Positions 29,801 through 42,358 of a stretch of 64,000 nt of DNA are shown one piece after another. This DNA comes from Macrostomum lignano. Taxonomy: Eukaryota. Positions within the stretch are counted from its first letter, which is position 1, and every line of letters begins with the position of its first letter. The notes beneath the pieces were generated by a model. It made no database searches. It was not told the origin of the DNA and saw only the letters and a list, made by a program, of their open reading frames with translations. Where the stretch lies: the NCBI GenBank assembly GCA_002269645.1, contig NIVC01000688.1, forward strand, positions 6,692 through 70,691, written 5' to 3'. The translations under genes were made by a program, and so were the position numbers.

Positions 29801-32800
29801 CTGTGATGAGCTCAGCCTTCTTTATGTTTTCATCGGTGATGGCTTTAGCTATGAAATATTGCTCTAACCGTTCTTTGTACACTGACCATCTCTCTGATCT
29901 TGCCATATCCAATTCACTGATTCTTGAAGTGTGTACGGCAGTGATATCTTCGTCGTATATGTAGCATCAGGTCTCAGCAAAAAACTCCAAGAATGCAGCT
30001 CGGGGCTTGGTACTTAAAAAAAGTGTCTCTTCAACCTTAACATGGAATAAGTCTGGCCGAAAATTTGTCTTGCAGAGAGACACGCATATAATAATATACC
30101 ACTAACAGCAACTGAGGATCTGTCATATCCCAGTCTCAGTGACAGCCAGCCAGTACGAGGGGCACTGCAAAAGTTTTTAGCCATGCCTGGCCAGAACAAG
30201 CTGTCATAAAACTTTCACAGCTTCTCAAAGTACTTTCCGCCAGCTTGCACACCATGTTTCATGCGCTCAAACCAAGCAGAAAAGCAGTGGCGCCACTCAG
30301 CATCAGACATGTCAGGAACCAGCTCATCGAAGGCATCAGCAGCGTCTTCAGGCGAAGTAAATTGCTTGCCGCGCATGCGATCTTTGACTTTCGGGAGCAA
30401 GAAAAAGTCGCACGGGGCGAGGTCAGGTGAATAGGGCGGGTGGCTCATCAGAGAAACTTCGCTGGACCTCAGAAAATCCTGCGTTGCATGCGCAGTGTGC
30501 GCGCTGGCATTGTCCTGGTGGAGCATCAGGCCCTGTACTCCTGTCTTGGGACGCGATTTTCTGATGCTGGCAAACACCTCGGGCAGGCAAATGCCTGTGT
30601 ACCAGGCAGCTGTGACTGTGCGCTGCTGCTGCAGCCTCACAGTTGCCACATGGCCGCCTCCTGAAGAACGCAGCCAGCATCAGCTTGCCAGTGCTCCTGC
30701 CTCGCACAACTTTGGTCGGAGGTGCCTCCTCGGCGAATGCCCACACACGCGACTGACACTTTCGCTCTGGCTCGTAGCAGTAGACCCAAGTCTCGTCGCA
30801 CTTGATGATGTCGGAAATCGCCTTGGCTTGGCCATTTTCGAACTTCTGGAGCATCTGCTGGCACCAATCTGACCTGGCCTGCTTCTGCTCAGCTGTGAGC
30901 AGGTAAGGCACCCAGCGACTCGTCAGCTTGCGCACGCCGATGTGATGGTGCAGGATCTGCTGGATGGCATGCGAATGAATGCCAGGGTCGCCTCCATCTC
31001 CTGATAGGTCACTCGCCGATCTGCTTCAATCATGCTGCGCACAGCAGAGATTTTTTTCAGTGTTGTTGCAGTTGGAGGCCTGCCTGCCCGAGCCTCATCT
31101 TCGAGCGAATCCCGGCCGCGCCGAAATTCGCGGAACCAGCCGGTGACAGTTGCAAAGGACGGGGCAGAGTCTGAGAAAGCTGCTGACAGCCTTTGATGGC
31201 ACAGGTGGCAGTCTAAACCGGATGCTCGCGATTCAGTTCCATAACGCAAATGGAGCAGATGCTGAATGTGTAGTGGGAACTCTATGTGCTATTTTAAACG
31301 TGTGAAATATGAGACAGATCTGAGCTTTTATGTAGTCATAGCTAAAAACTTTTGCAGTGCCCTTCGTACCATCTCTCCTACGTTAACTTTCTCATCCAGA
31401 TGGAAATATCACATGTATTGATTTATCGCTCTTAAAATGCTCTACCACGCCAGGACTAACGTGGTGATGAACTACACAGAAGTGGAAGCCAAAGTTCGCG
31501 AAGCAACAAACGATGACGCTTGGGGACCGCACGGCGAGCTGATGCAGGAGCTGGCCCAGTGCACATTCAGTCACGAGCAGTTTCCCGAGGTTATGAGCAT
31601 GATGTGGAAGCGGATGCTGACCAGCACAGGCAAGAACTGGCGCAGGGCGTACAAGGTGAGCTGAGGATGAGGCTTGGGGATCTGGGAGTTCTGTGCTCTC
31701 TCTTATTTTTGCTTTTTGGTAGTTCATTGTGGAGTTTGGGAACTTCAGGAAAATGCTGGTAGCGCAGCAAGCAGAGCTGTTGCAACTGTGCCAACTGAAT
31801 CATTCATGGAGCTCTGTGTCACACCTCAGTTGAACTGATCAGTCACTGAGCAGCCAGATATCCTCATCGATTTTTTGAGTGATCAATCAAAGCAACCCGT
31901 TTTTGCAGTCGCTGCTGCTGCTGAACTACCTGATCAGGCACGGCTCAGAGCGGGTGGTGACCAACGCCAGGGAGCACGGATACGACCTGCGCTCTCTGGA
32001 GTCCTTTCAGTTCATTGACGAGCGGGGCAAAGACGAGGGCATTAATGGTGAGACTGCTCACTGCTCATTGCTCATAACTCACTGCTCATAACTCATTTCT
32101 CACTGCACATTACTCACTGCTCACTGCTCATAACTCACTGCTCATAACTCATTTCTCACTGCACATTACTCACTGCTCACTGCTCACTGCTCAATTCTCA
32201 TTGCTCATTGCTCATCGCTCACTGCTCACTGCTCACTGCTCCATGCTTACTGCTCCATGCTCACTGCTCCATGCTCACTGCTCCATGCTCACTGCTCCAT
32301 GCTCACTAATTGATATTCAGACTTTCATGGATACCAATACTCGATTGCCTCAACCAACGGTCACTGAGCCCCAATAAACCGTCACTGAGCCGAGCCCCAA
32401 TAAACAGTCACTGAGCTCCAATAAACCGTCACTGAGCTCCAATAAACCGTCACTGAGCCCCGAAAAACCGTCACTGAGCCCCAATAAACCGTCACTAAGC
32501 CCCAATAAAGCGTCACTGAGACCCAATAAACCGTCACTGAGCCCCAATAAACCGTCACTAAGCCCCAATAAACCGTCACTAAGACCCAATAAAGCGTCAC
32601 TAAGCCCCAATAAACCGTCACTGAGACCCAATAAACCGTCACTAAGACCCAATAAAGCGTCACTAAGCCCCAATAAACCGTCACTGAGACCCAATAAACC
32701 GTCACTAAGACCCAATAAACCGTCACTGAGCCGAGCCCCAATAAACAGTCACTGAGCTCCAATAAACCGTCACTGAGCCCCAATAAACCGTCACTGAGCT

Positions 32801-35389
32801 CCAATAAACCGTCACTGAGCCCCGAAAAACCGTCACTGAGCCCCAATAAACCGTCACTGAGCCCCAATAAACCGTCACTGAGCCCCAATAAACCGTCACT
32901 GAGCCCCAATAAACCGTCACTGAGCCCCAATAACCTGTCACTGAGCCCCAATAAACCGTCACTGAGCCCCAATAAAGCGTAACTGAGCTTCAATAAACCG
33001 TCACTGAGCCCCAATAAACCGTCACTGAGCCGAGCCCCAATAAACCGTCACTGAGCCCCAATAAAGCGTAACTGAGCTTCAATAAACCGTCACTGAGCCC
33101 CAATAAACCGTCACTGAGCCCCAATAAACCGTCACTGAGCCCCAATAAACCGTCACTGAGCCCCAATAAACCGTCACTGAGCCCCAATAAACCGTCACTG
33201 AGCCCCAAAAAACCGTCACTGAGCCCCAATAAGACGTCACTGAGCCCCAATAAAGCGTCACTGAGCCCCAAAAAACCCTCACTGAGCCCCAATAAAGCGT
33301 CACTGAGCCCCAAAAAACCGTCACTGAGCCCCAAAAAACCGTCACTGAGACCCAATAAACCGTCACTGAGCCCCAATAAACCGTCACTGAGCCCCAATAA
33401 ACCGTCACTGAGCCCCAAAAAACCGTCACTGAGACCCAATAAACCGTCACTGAGACCCAATAAACCGTCACTGAGCCCCAATAAACCGTCACTGAGCCCC
33501 AATAAACCGTGGCACCCCCAGTCCGGCAGCGGGCCCGCGAGCTGCTCGAGATCATTCAGGACGACGGCCGCCTGCGCGAGGAGCGGCAGCTGGCCAGGAA
33601 GAGCCGCGTCAAGTGCGGCGGCCTCAGCGGCGCCGGCGGCTTCCGCGACCCCGACAAGCTGAGCGAAGACGACTTTCACTGGCGCGGCGAGTCGGCGCCA
33701 GCTTGGCAGCGCGGCGACGCCGGCGCCAACCCTTCGGCGCCAAACACGCTGGGAGACATTGATGACTGGCAGGCGGGCAAGTACCGGACTGTCAAGGACG
33801 AAGTCATGGACCGCGTCAGGGACCTTTGGACTTCAAAGAAGCCGCATCTGGATGACAGTGACCACCAGTGAGTGGCCTTCTGTGTGCATTCTTCACACCT
33901 GCTGCCGGAATTGCAGCCTTCTGTGTGCATTTTTCACACCTGCTGCCGGAACTGCAGCCTTCTGTGTGCATTCTTCACACCTGCTGCCGGAATTGCAGCC
34001 TTCTGTGTGCATTCTTCACACCTGCTGCCGTAATTGCAGCCTTCTGTGTGCATTCTTCACACCTGCTGCCGGAATTGCAGCCTTCTGTGTGCATTCTTCA
34101 CACCTGCTGCCGGAATTGCAGCCTTCTGTGTGCATTCTTCACACCTGCTGCCGGAATTGCAGCCTTCTGGGTGCATTTTTCACACCTGCTGCCGGAATTG
34201 CAGCCTTCTGTGTGCATTTTTCACACCTGCTGCCGGAATTGCAGCCTTCTGTGTGCATTTTTCACACCTGCTGCCGGAATTGCAGCCAGTTTACTACTGA
34301 GATTTGGGCTTGCCGAATTCCTGTGCTTGAAGTCCTGGACTCGAATCCTAGTTTTTATCATTTTCATTCAGTTGGAATGAAGTCAGTTTTGTACCTAATC
34401 ATTCCTTTATTAACTGTTGTGCTGTAATTGTTTCGTACTGAATATTTGTGTTTATATTTATTCTGCGGTTTCAAGTGCCTTCCTCTGTGCAATGGAATGC
34501 TTTCAATCTGCGGTGACTCTGTAAGAATACCTGCTTTAATCTGATTATTGCTGCTTTTGCAGGAAAGTTCACAAGCTGCCAGAGCGACTGGCATCCGCTG
34601 TGACCGCCTTGGACAAAGTGGCTCTGTCTGTGCAATATGGACAGCTTGGGTAATGCTGCAGTGCTCACTGTGCTCAAACTCTGCAGTGCTCACTGTGCTC
34701 AAACTCTGCAGTGCTCACTGTGCTCAAACTCTGCAGTGCTCACTGTGCTCAAACACTGCAGTGCTCACTGTGCTCAAACTCTGCAGTGCTCACTGTGCTC
34801 AAACATACTGCAGTGCTCACTGTGCTCAAACACTGCAGTGCTCACTGTGCTCAGACGCTGCAGTGCTCACTGTGCTCAAACACTGCAGTGCTCACTGTGC
34901 TCAAACACTGCAGTGCTCACTGTGCTCAAACACTGCAGTGCTCACTGTGCTCAGACGCTGCAGTGCTCACTGTGCTCAAACACTGCAGTGCTCACTGTGC
35001 TCAAACACTTCAGTCAGTGCTCACTGTGCTCAAACTTTGCAGTGCTCACTGTGCTCAAACACTGCAATGCTCACTGTGCTCAAACTCTGCAGTGCTCACT
35101 GTGCTCAAACACTGCAGTGCTCACTGTGCTCAAACACTGCAATGCTCACTGTGCTCAAACACTGCTCAGGCTATGCGGACACCTAAAAATTCTCAGTTCA
35201 TTCTGAGCTCAAATTTAATTGATTAAGTAACCAAATAACACGGCTAATAAAGTCAATTAAGTAACAGTTTCTTTTAATCACCTTTGCTGTGTGCTGCAGT
35301 GTCTGTTTATCTGAGGCTCATTTCAATACAGCTGTGCTGTCTGTCTGTCTGTCTGTCTTTCTGTCTGTCTGTCTGTCTGTCTGTCTGTG

Positions 35390-35453
<64 letters not shown>

Positions 35454-37580
35454 CAACTTAGCCAGCCACTGTATCGGATATCTAATGCGCCACAATATTT
35501 AAATCGAGTGAAATAATTTATGGTACAGCAATTAGGCTTCTAACATGAGTGCTGCATTCAGGCCTTGGCCCCATAATGCTAAGCAGGACGCAATTAATTA
35601 ACCAACCATTATGAGCAAATTCTCACTTATAAATTTTATTTACTTTCACCTGCGCATTTGATAATCAGTGGCCTCTGCAACATGATTTTAAAATCTTTAT
35701 GGTTCAGAGTGATGATTTTAAATGCAGTCAGATTGAATAATTAACAATAAATTCTGTCTCACAGAAGATGCCAGTCAGCATTTCAAACCCAGCCGCTCAA
35801 TCCCACACCGCAGAGAGGAGGAGTGGAACACGGTGTCAACTTACGCAAGAGACGAGGAATTCACTGACGGTTTCCATGGCAACAATGGTTGGAGCGAGCG
35901 GAGGGCGCAGCAGCCGCCCGAGCCTTCAGCAGCCGGTCGGCGGGTCATCGACCTGACGGGCGGTGAGACGGCCGCCGCCGCCGCTGACTCAGCTCAGGAT
36001 GATGAGGATGAGTTCGCTGACTTTCAGTCGGCAGCTGCAGTCACCGAGTTGGATGGGGGCGGACAGCGGCATCAGCAGCACCTGCTCTGGGCTGCTGCAC
36101 CTGCTGCTGGTGCTGACGACCTGCTGGAGCTCGGGCAGTCGGCCTCGAGTGACACTGCAGCTGCTGCCGGCTGTGATGGGTGAGCGATGGGTGGGTGATG
36201 GGTGCTGTGAGTGTGACTGCTGTGAGTGTGAATGCTGTGAGTGTGACTGCTGTGAGTGTGAATGCTGTGAGTGTGACTGCTGTGAGTGTGAATGCTGTGA
36301 ATTTGACTGCTGAGTGTGACTGCTGTGAGTGTGAATGCTGTGAGTGTGACTGCTGTGAGTATGAATGCTGTGAGTGTGACTGCTGTGAGTGTGAATGCTG
36401 TGAGTGTGACTGCTTACAGTGTGAATGCTGTGAGTGTGACTGCTGTGAGTGTGACTGCTGTGAGTGTGAATGCTGTGAGTGTGAATGCTGTGAGTGTGAC
36501 TGCTTACAGTGTGAATGCTGTGAGTGTGACTGCTGTGAGTGTGACTGCTGTGAGTGTGAATGCTGTGAGTGTGAATGCTGTGAGTGTGACTGCTTACAGT
36601 GTGAATGCTGTGAGTGTGACTGCTGTGAGTGTGAATGCTGTGAGTGTGAATGCTGTGAGTGTGACTGCTGTGAGTGTGAATGCTGTGAGTGTGACTGCTG
36701 TGAGTGTGAATGCTGTGAGTGTGAATGCTGTGAATTTGACTGCTTACAGTGTGAATGCTGTGACTGTGAATGCCAACCCCCAATTCCAGAGCCGGTCTCA
36801 TGCCGGGAGACGCTGATTTTTTTGCTGCCGTCAGGACGCCGCCTCCATCCGCCCCGGTGGCTTCAGCAGCCGCTGGCAGAGACCTGGACTTGCTCACAGA
36901 TTTGGACTTTAGCGGCTCTCACAGTCAGGCTGGCTGGCTGGGAATGACTCCGATGAAGGCGGAGCCTCTGCAGCCTCCTCCGATGCGGCCTGTTGGTGAG
37001 CCGCTCTTGTGCTGTGTCTGCTTTCAGACTGGCTCTTGTGCTGTGTCTGCTTTCAGACTGGCTCTTGTGCTGTGTCTGCTTTCAGACTGGCTCTTGTGCT
37101 GTGTCAGCTTTCAGACTGGCTCTTGTGCTGTGTCTGCTTTCAGACTGGCTCTTTCTTGTGCTGTGTCTGCTTTCAGACTGGCTCTTGTGCTGTGTCTGCT
37201 TTCAGACTGGCTCTTGTGCTGTGTCTGCTTTCAGACTGGCTCTTGTGCTGTGTCTGCTTTCAGACTGGCTCTTGTGCTGTGTCTGCTTTCAGACTGGCTC
37301 TTGTGCTGTGTCTGCTTTCAGACTGGCTCTTGTGCTGTGTCTGCTTTCAGACTGGCTCTTGTGCTGTGTCTGCTTTCAGACTGACTCCCCAACCTCCCCA
37401 TACTCAGCAGCCGCCCCTCAGCAGCTGCTCAGCCCCGGCAGCCCCGGAAGGGTGAACTGGTCGGGCACCCAGCAGCAGCAGCGGCAGGCAGCTGGAGCCC
37501 CGCCATCCCGCCAGCCGGTGTCTCCCGCCCTGCAGAGCAGAGCAGACTTGGCGTTTGCCGATCTGGTGAAGCTGAAATAG
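26842..37580 (+). CDS. CLINT1: ENTH-domain clathrin adaptor, CLINT1/epsinR-like; exons 26842-26888, 31454-31655, 31909-32047, 33522-~33867, ~35765-36179, 36790-36995, 37408-37580
   Basis: ENTH domain: TNVVMNYTEVEAKVREATNDDAWGP...NWRRAYK|SLLLLNYLIRHGSERVV...GKDEGIN|VRQRAREL. The tail has DEFADF, DLLEL, DFF and a terminal AFADL. Exon 1 (MLRDVLYKGKDLAEK) joins exon 2 in phase 2. The junction between the ~33867 donor and the ~35765 acceptor is not phase-resolved. Confidence 0.88.
28100..29906 (-). mobile_element. Highly decayed Ty3/Gypsy retrotransposon remnant in CLINT1 intron 1 (not visible in the ORF track)
   Basis: Hand translation gives gag MARSERWSVYKERLEQYFIAK (29906), protease FEVDTG (~28990), RT with the catalytic motif decayed to FINNI (~28690) then KCQFMMPSIKFLGY, and RNase H KPICYVS*SLSKA. 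Many stops and frameshifts. Confidence 0.85.
30156..31366 (-). mobile_element. Full-length mariner (DD34D) transposon, 1211 bp, transposase broken by frameshifts
   Basis: 26-bp TIRs (CGAGGGGCACTGCAAAAGTTTTTAGC, 1 mismatch) flanked by TA on both sides. Motifs WVP, CDETW, QDNA and YSPDLAPCD, with 34 residues between the second and third D. Confidence 0.96.
32050..32310. repeat. (GCTCACT/GCTCCAT)-type short repeat at the start of CLINT1 intron 3
   Basis: Direct inspection. Confidence 0.85.
32355..33510. repeat. 21-bp minisatellite (CCGTCACTGAGCCCCAATAAA), ~55 copies, running up to the intron 3 acceptor
   Basis: Direct inspection. Confidence 0.97.
33876..34285. repeat. 41-bp minisatellite (CCTTCTGTGTGCATTYTTCACACCTGCTGCCGGAATTGCAG), ~10 copies, starting just after the exon 4 donor
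   Basis: Direct inspection. Confidence 0.97.
34655..35165. repeat. 25-bp minisatellite (TGCAGTGCTCACTGTGCTCAAACWC), ~20 copies
   Basis: Direct inspection. Confidence 0.96.
35335..35452. repeat. (CTGT)n microsatellite
   Basis: Direct inspection. Confidence 0.97.
36200..36775. repeat. 15-bp minisatellite (GTGAGTGTGAMTGCT) filling a CLINT1 intron
   Basis: Direct inspection. Confidence 0.97.
37003..37385. repeat. 29-bp minisatellite (CTCTTGTGCTGTGTCTGCTTTCAGACTGG), ~13 copies, filling the last CLINT1 intron
   Basis: Direct inspection. Confidence 0.97.
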
Positions 37581-38129
37581 CGGCTGCCCCTGACTGAGTC
37601 GCACTGGAATTATTGATATGAATTTATATTAGAATTACTCAATATTGAATGAGCATCTGGTCACTGCTGTGTTTTGTTTACTGCTTGTCTCCGGCTGTCA
37701 AAATCACCTCGCAACTGCTACTCACAGTACTCACAATACCTGTCTGACCTTCCAGTGTCCCTGCTGTTATTAATGCACTGACTGTTGTGACTGCCCAGTT
37801 CAGTATATAAAGTGCATCTGACTACTGTGAGTAGCTTTGCTTTAAATGAAACCAAATAAATTTATTCCAATGCTGCTTTTGTTAGTCTTCATTTCGATGG
37901 GTATTAAATGTACTTTTATTTATTGCTGTCTGTTAGTTGAAACTGCTGTCAATTTAAATTTGTTTTACTGCACCAGAGTAAATTCATTATTGATGAGGTC
38001 AGTGATTTCAGTTATGTCTGTCAGTTGAGTTTAAACCGACCAATCTGCACAGATGCAAACTGCCTGATCTGGTGCTGCTGCCTGCTTTGTTCTGGTTTTT
38101 ATTTTTTGTTTTACTGGTCTGGCCACTTA

Positions 38130-38725
38130 GTCAGCTAAAACTCCCACTCACTCAGCTAAAAATCCACAAACTCAGCTAAAAATGCCACTCACTCAGCTAA
38201 AAATCCACTCACTCAGCTAAAAATCCACTCACTCAGCTAAAAATCCACTCACTCAGCTAAAAATCCCACTCACTCAGCTAAAAATCCACTCACTCAGCTA
38301 AAAATCTCACTCACTCAGCTAAAAATCCACTCACTCAGCTAAAAATCCACAAACTCAGCTAAAAATGCCACTCACTCAGCTAAAAATCCACTCAATCAGC
38401 TAAAAATCTCACTCGGCTAGGCTGAAAATGTCACTCACTTAGCTAAAAATCCACTCACTCAGCTAAAAATGCCACTAACTCAGCTAAAAATCCACCCACT
38501 CAGCTAAAAATCCACTCACTCAGCTAAAAATGCCACTCACTCAGCTAAAAATGCCACTCTCCCAGCTAAAAATCTCACTCACTAGGCTAGGCTAAAAATG
38601 CCACTCACTCAGCTAAAAATCTCACTCACTCAGCTAAAAATCCACTCACTCAGCTAAAAATCCACAAACTCAGCTAAAAATTCCACTCACTCAGCTAAAA
38701 GTCCCAATCACTCAGCTAAAATCCC
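38130..38725. repeat. 20-21-bp minisatellite (CAGCTAAAAATCCACTCACT)
   Basis: Direct inspection. Confidence 0.95.
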
Positions 38726-39349
38726 AATCCATGTATTTCTGTTTCCCACTGTCGTCTCAGTCGCTGCTGAAGCCTTCAACCCAGGTGTTATTTTATTCAA
38801 TCAGAGCTCAGCCTCTGTCTCAGGCTGATGGATTCCATCTGCTTATCAATGCTGCTCAGCCTTAGTGTCTCAGGCTGATGGATTCCATCTGCTTATCAAT
38901 GCTGTTCAGCTTTTAGCAGTCATGCAGTTCTGCTGTTATTCACCTGTCAGAACAACTTTGCTTGGGACCCTGCATCCGTGATGGAGATGAACTGCTTAAT
39001 GACTCTGAGGTGGATTTGAATTATCAAAGACAATCAGAAATGCCATTTTAGTGCTGCACACCATGCTTATGCAATAAGTATTGTCTCATTAGTGTAACTC
39101 TGATACAGGTTTGTTGTAATGAACCGTATTTTTATTTACATTGTGGAATGAATATGTTTTAAATTTTAATTTTAATTGTCTAGTAGATTATTGATCCTTT
39201 TTAGTTATTTAAGATTTTATTAATAACCAAATACATGAGTTCCTGCAGTCGGATGGCATCTGTTATAACGCTAGCGAACAACGCTATCTACTCTTGTGAT
39301 TTGCATAATTTCATTTGTAATATTAGCTAATAGATGGACAGGCAGCCTG

Positions 39350-39452
39350 TAATCTAGTCAGACAGCATCACAGATCTAGTCAGACACCATCACAGATCTA
39401 GTCAGACACCATCTCAGATCTAGTCAGACACCATCACAGATCTAGTCAGACA
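39350..39452. repeat. 22-bp tandem repeat (ATCTAGTCAGACACCATCACAG), ~4.5 copies
   Basis: Direct inspection. Confidence 0.9.
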
Positions 39453-39529
39453 CTTTTGCTTTAATCACCGGCTCAACTGCTAGTCCTTCCAGCTGATTCT
39501 GTAGTTCGGCCCGCTACTCGGTTTTGCGG

Positions 39530-42160
39530 GTACCAGTATCCCATAGCAATTTGGGTTGTCTCCTGCAGTCTCTGTCGATCCTGACTGCACAGAACTTTTG
39601 ACTAGGCATCAGGAAGTAGGAGCGACAACCTTGTTCTGACAGTTCTGCCAAACAACACTTCCGAAGGCGTCTTGCCCGTTGTGCTGTGCGGTGTCGTCCT
39701 AGCACGCCACAGAAAGTTTGAAAGCTGTTTTAGCATGTCAGGATCATTGGAAGCTTTTAAAGCCTTTTTGACTTGCTTGAGCATGTTTTCTGCCAAGCCA
39801 TTTGATCTCGGATGTCCAGGGCTGCTCAGCGAATGCCGGATTCCAGTTTGCCTAAGGAACTCCTTAAATTGGTAGAATGTAAACAGAGAGCCATTGTCCG
39901 AGTGAAGCACTCGACACAATCAAAGTCTTGCGAAAATCTGCCCTAGACACCGAACTGTTCTCCGACGTCGCATTCTTCATTGAAACCACTTCGGGAAATT
40001 TACTCGTTGCATCAGCAACCACCAGAAACATCCATGATCTGTATGGCCCTAAGAAATCTGTGATTCCGAGTCCACGGAGTAGTTGGCCAGGTCAGTGCGC
40101 TCAATGGTGCTTCAGGAGTGCTTGACCTCTGCAGCTGACATCCGCGACAATTGCTTACACTGTCCTCAATGTCTTGATCGATTCTGGGCCACCAGTAGTG
40201 CATCCTCGCCCTTGACTTTGTAAGCACAATGTCTAGGTGTCCCTCGTGCAATTCTTGCAGAAACAGTCTGCAGAGCTCGGCAGGAATAAGCACACGCATC
40301 TCAAGCAGCAGCACACCAGCGACAATTCCGAGTTCATGTCTCTTGACTTGATGCCACAGGCGGCACTGGTCTTTTGGACTCGAAAATTGCCAGAAGCGGC
40401 TTGTCGTCAGTGACCAGGATGAAAGTTCGACCAAACAAGGTACTCGTGAAAGATTTTAAGTCCAAATATTATTGCCAAAGCCTCTTTTTTAATTTGGGCA
40501 TAGTTTTTTTTTAGCAGCTGACAGTTGTTCTAAAAGCTAGAGATTCTAGAAAAAGGAGGTCAAGGTGAAGCACCAAATTCTAGCTTCATCTTCTTGGACG
40601 GATCATAGTGAGTTAGCACCTTGCTTGAGGTAAGTTGACCTTTGACTTGCTTGAACACGGATTCGTACTCGGCTGGCCAGTCGAAATCTTCTTATCGAAG
40701 TCGCAAGTGAAAGCAGTGTTTCAGAGTAGCCAGATTCTGAAGGAAATTCCCATAGTAATTTACCAGTCCAATCCAAGCCCTCAGCTCGGACACGTTACGT
40801 GGGCGTGGAACCTCGTGGGTAGCTCTGATCTTGTCCTCAGTTGGGTGGATTCCCTTTTCGTCTTAAAATTGACTTGAAATCCGCACAGATTCTCACCGAT
40901 TTGCTGTCCGTCTTAAGTAATGGTACAATTTTAGTAGCCCAGTCCGAATGAGTAATTGGTATGATGACACCCTGCTTCTCCAGGCGTTTCAGCTCAGTCT
41001 CCACTAGTGGTTTCAGGGCGAATGACATCGTGCGAGCTCTGCAAAATGTTGGCTTGCTCCCTTCCTTGATCTTGATCGTAGCCTTCACTCCTGTTATTTG
41101 GCCAATGTGTTCGTTGAAAACGTCTGAGTAGGTACGCAGAATCCCGTCCAGCTGACTGTTCTCCGGATCCGATACAACGTTCTTCTCTGCGCTTCGCGTT
41201 CCGAGGATCTGACTCGAACTTAGTTCAAGACACCCTGTCGCATCCAGTCTCTTCCAAGTAATTTGAACCATTGTTTGACACAGCAAGTATCGAAAGTTTT
41301 GCAATCTTACCTAGGTACTCTACGAAAACACTACATTCACCCTTGGCCGTAATTTCTCTACCAAGGCAATGACCGTGCTTGGTATCACTCGGCTTTAAGT
41401 CTAGTCCGAGCGACTCTGCTGTCTCATCATCCAGGATGTTCCTTTCAGCCCCCGTGTCGACTTCAAAGTGAACCGGCTTTTTGTTAATCAAAACTTGTCC
41501 GAAGTAAGCAGGGTTGCTTCTGTTAAATACCCGATTATTGCTTGGTGGTGATGCCCTGGCTCCGTAACCTGCTTGTTGCGAAATCCTTTCAGAGCCACGG
41601 TAGATGTTCCTTCTTTCGACACTTCTTGCACTTTTTAATACGATGTGGGCAAGCATTTCTCAAATGATCTGGGTCAGAGCAACGGTAGCACCTGCGAGTA
41701 CGTTTTGGCTTCTCCTTGTTCCTTCTCTGAATTGGCGCGTCTCAGTAGCGCGTCGAAAAGCCGGCTTCTGCTTCTGGAGCTGGTCGCTTCGAGTGTCAAC
41801 TTTGTTCACTGCCGGAGCCGATCCTTGGATGCTACGAGCGTTTTTTGTACGCATTCTCAATGACCTGGGCCTCCTCAACTGCGCGACTTTGAATGTCAAG
41901 TCGTCCTTTAGCAAATCCTTGAGCAATATAGCTCAGTTGCGGGGTAAACTGGTGCCGGAATGCAGTCAGTAGCTCCTCGTAGGAATTTTCTTTCCTCAGA
42001 ATTAAGTCAGCCTCTTCTCCGATCAGGGTCAGCAGGTTGGCCTTTTTATCAGTGACTTTCTTGGCCGCAAGAGAACGCTCCAGCCCGCTCCTTGTACTCC
42101 TCCCAGTTCCGAGGGTTGCTGCAGTTGAATGGTTCGATAACAGGCCTAGTCGCCACTGTT
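39530..42160 (-). mobile_element. Decayed Ty3/Gypsy retrotransposon (gag-protease-RT-RNaseH-integrase), no LTRs found
   Basis: gag (NWEEYKER), protease (FEVDTGA), RT start (DWATKIVP..VRICADFK) joined directly to the RT thumb, so the RT core is deleted. Also RNase H (KEALAIIFG), integrase zinc finger (H..H..YWWP..C..C) and core (HSDNG..HPRSNGLAE..TTPHSTTGKTP). Frameshifted throughout. Confidence 0.92.
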
Positions 42161-42358
42161 TTTGTTTTTATGTCGTATTTTGTCGGAGCTAGTCTATTGT
42201 AAACACAAACTCGTAGGCTCGAAGCCTAACGAAAAAAATAGTAAAATGAATATTAAGCAGCCCGCAGCTTTCTGGGTACTTTAGCTCCCGCTAAGTCCGT
42301 AAACCATAAACATAACCATAAACATAAAAGTGCATACATCACACACGGATCCAGTCAG

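Noticed and set aside
35870-35883. Perfect X-box GTTTCCATGGCAAC
   Set aside because: It lies inside a CLINT1 coding exon (GFHGN), so it is most simply a codon coincidence.
32350-37455. Cys-rich, Leu-rich or His-rich ORFs resembling metallothionein, keratin-associated or LRR proteins
   Set aside because: All coincide with intronic minisatellites between homology-supported CLINT1 exons.
39200-42350. LTR pair for the second Gypsy
   Set aside because: I found no direct repeat between the regions flanking gag and integrase.
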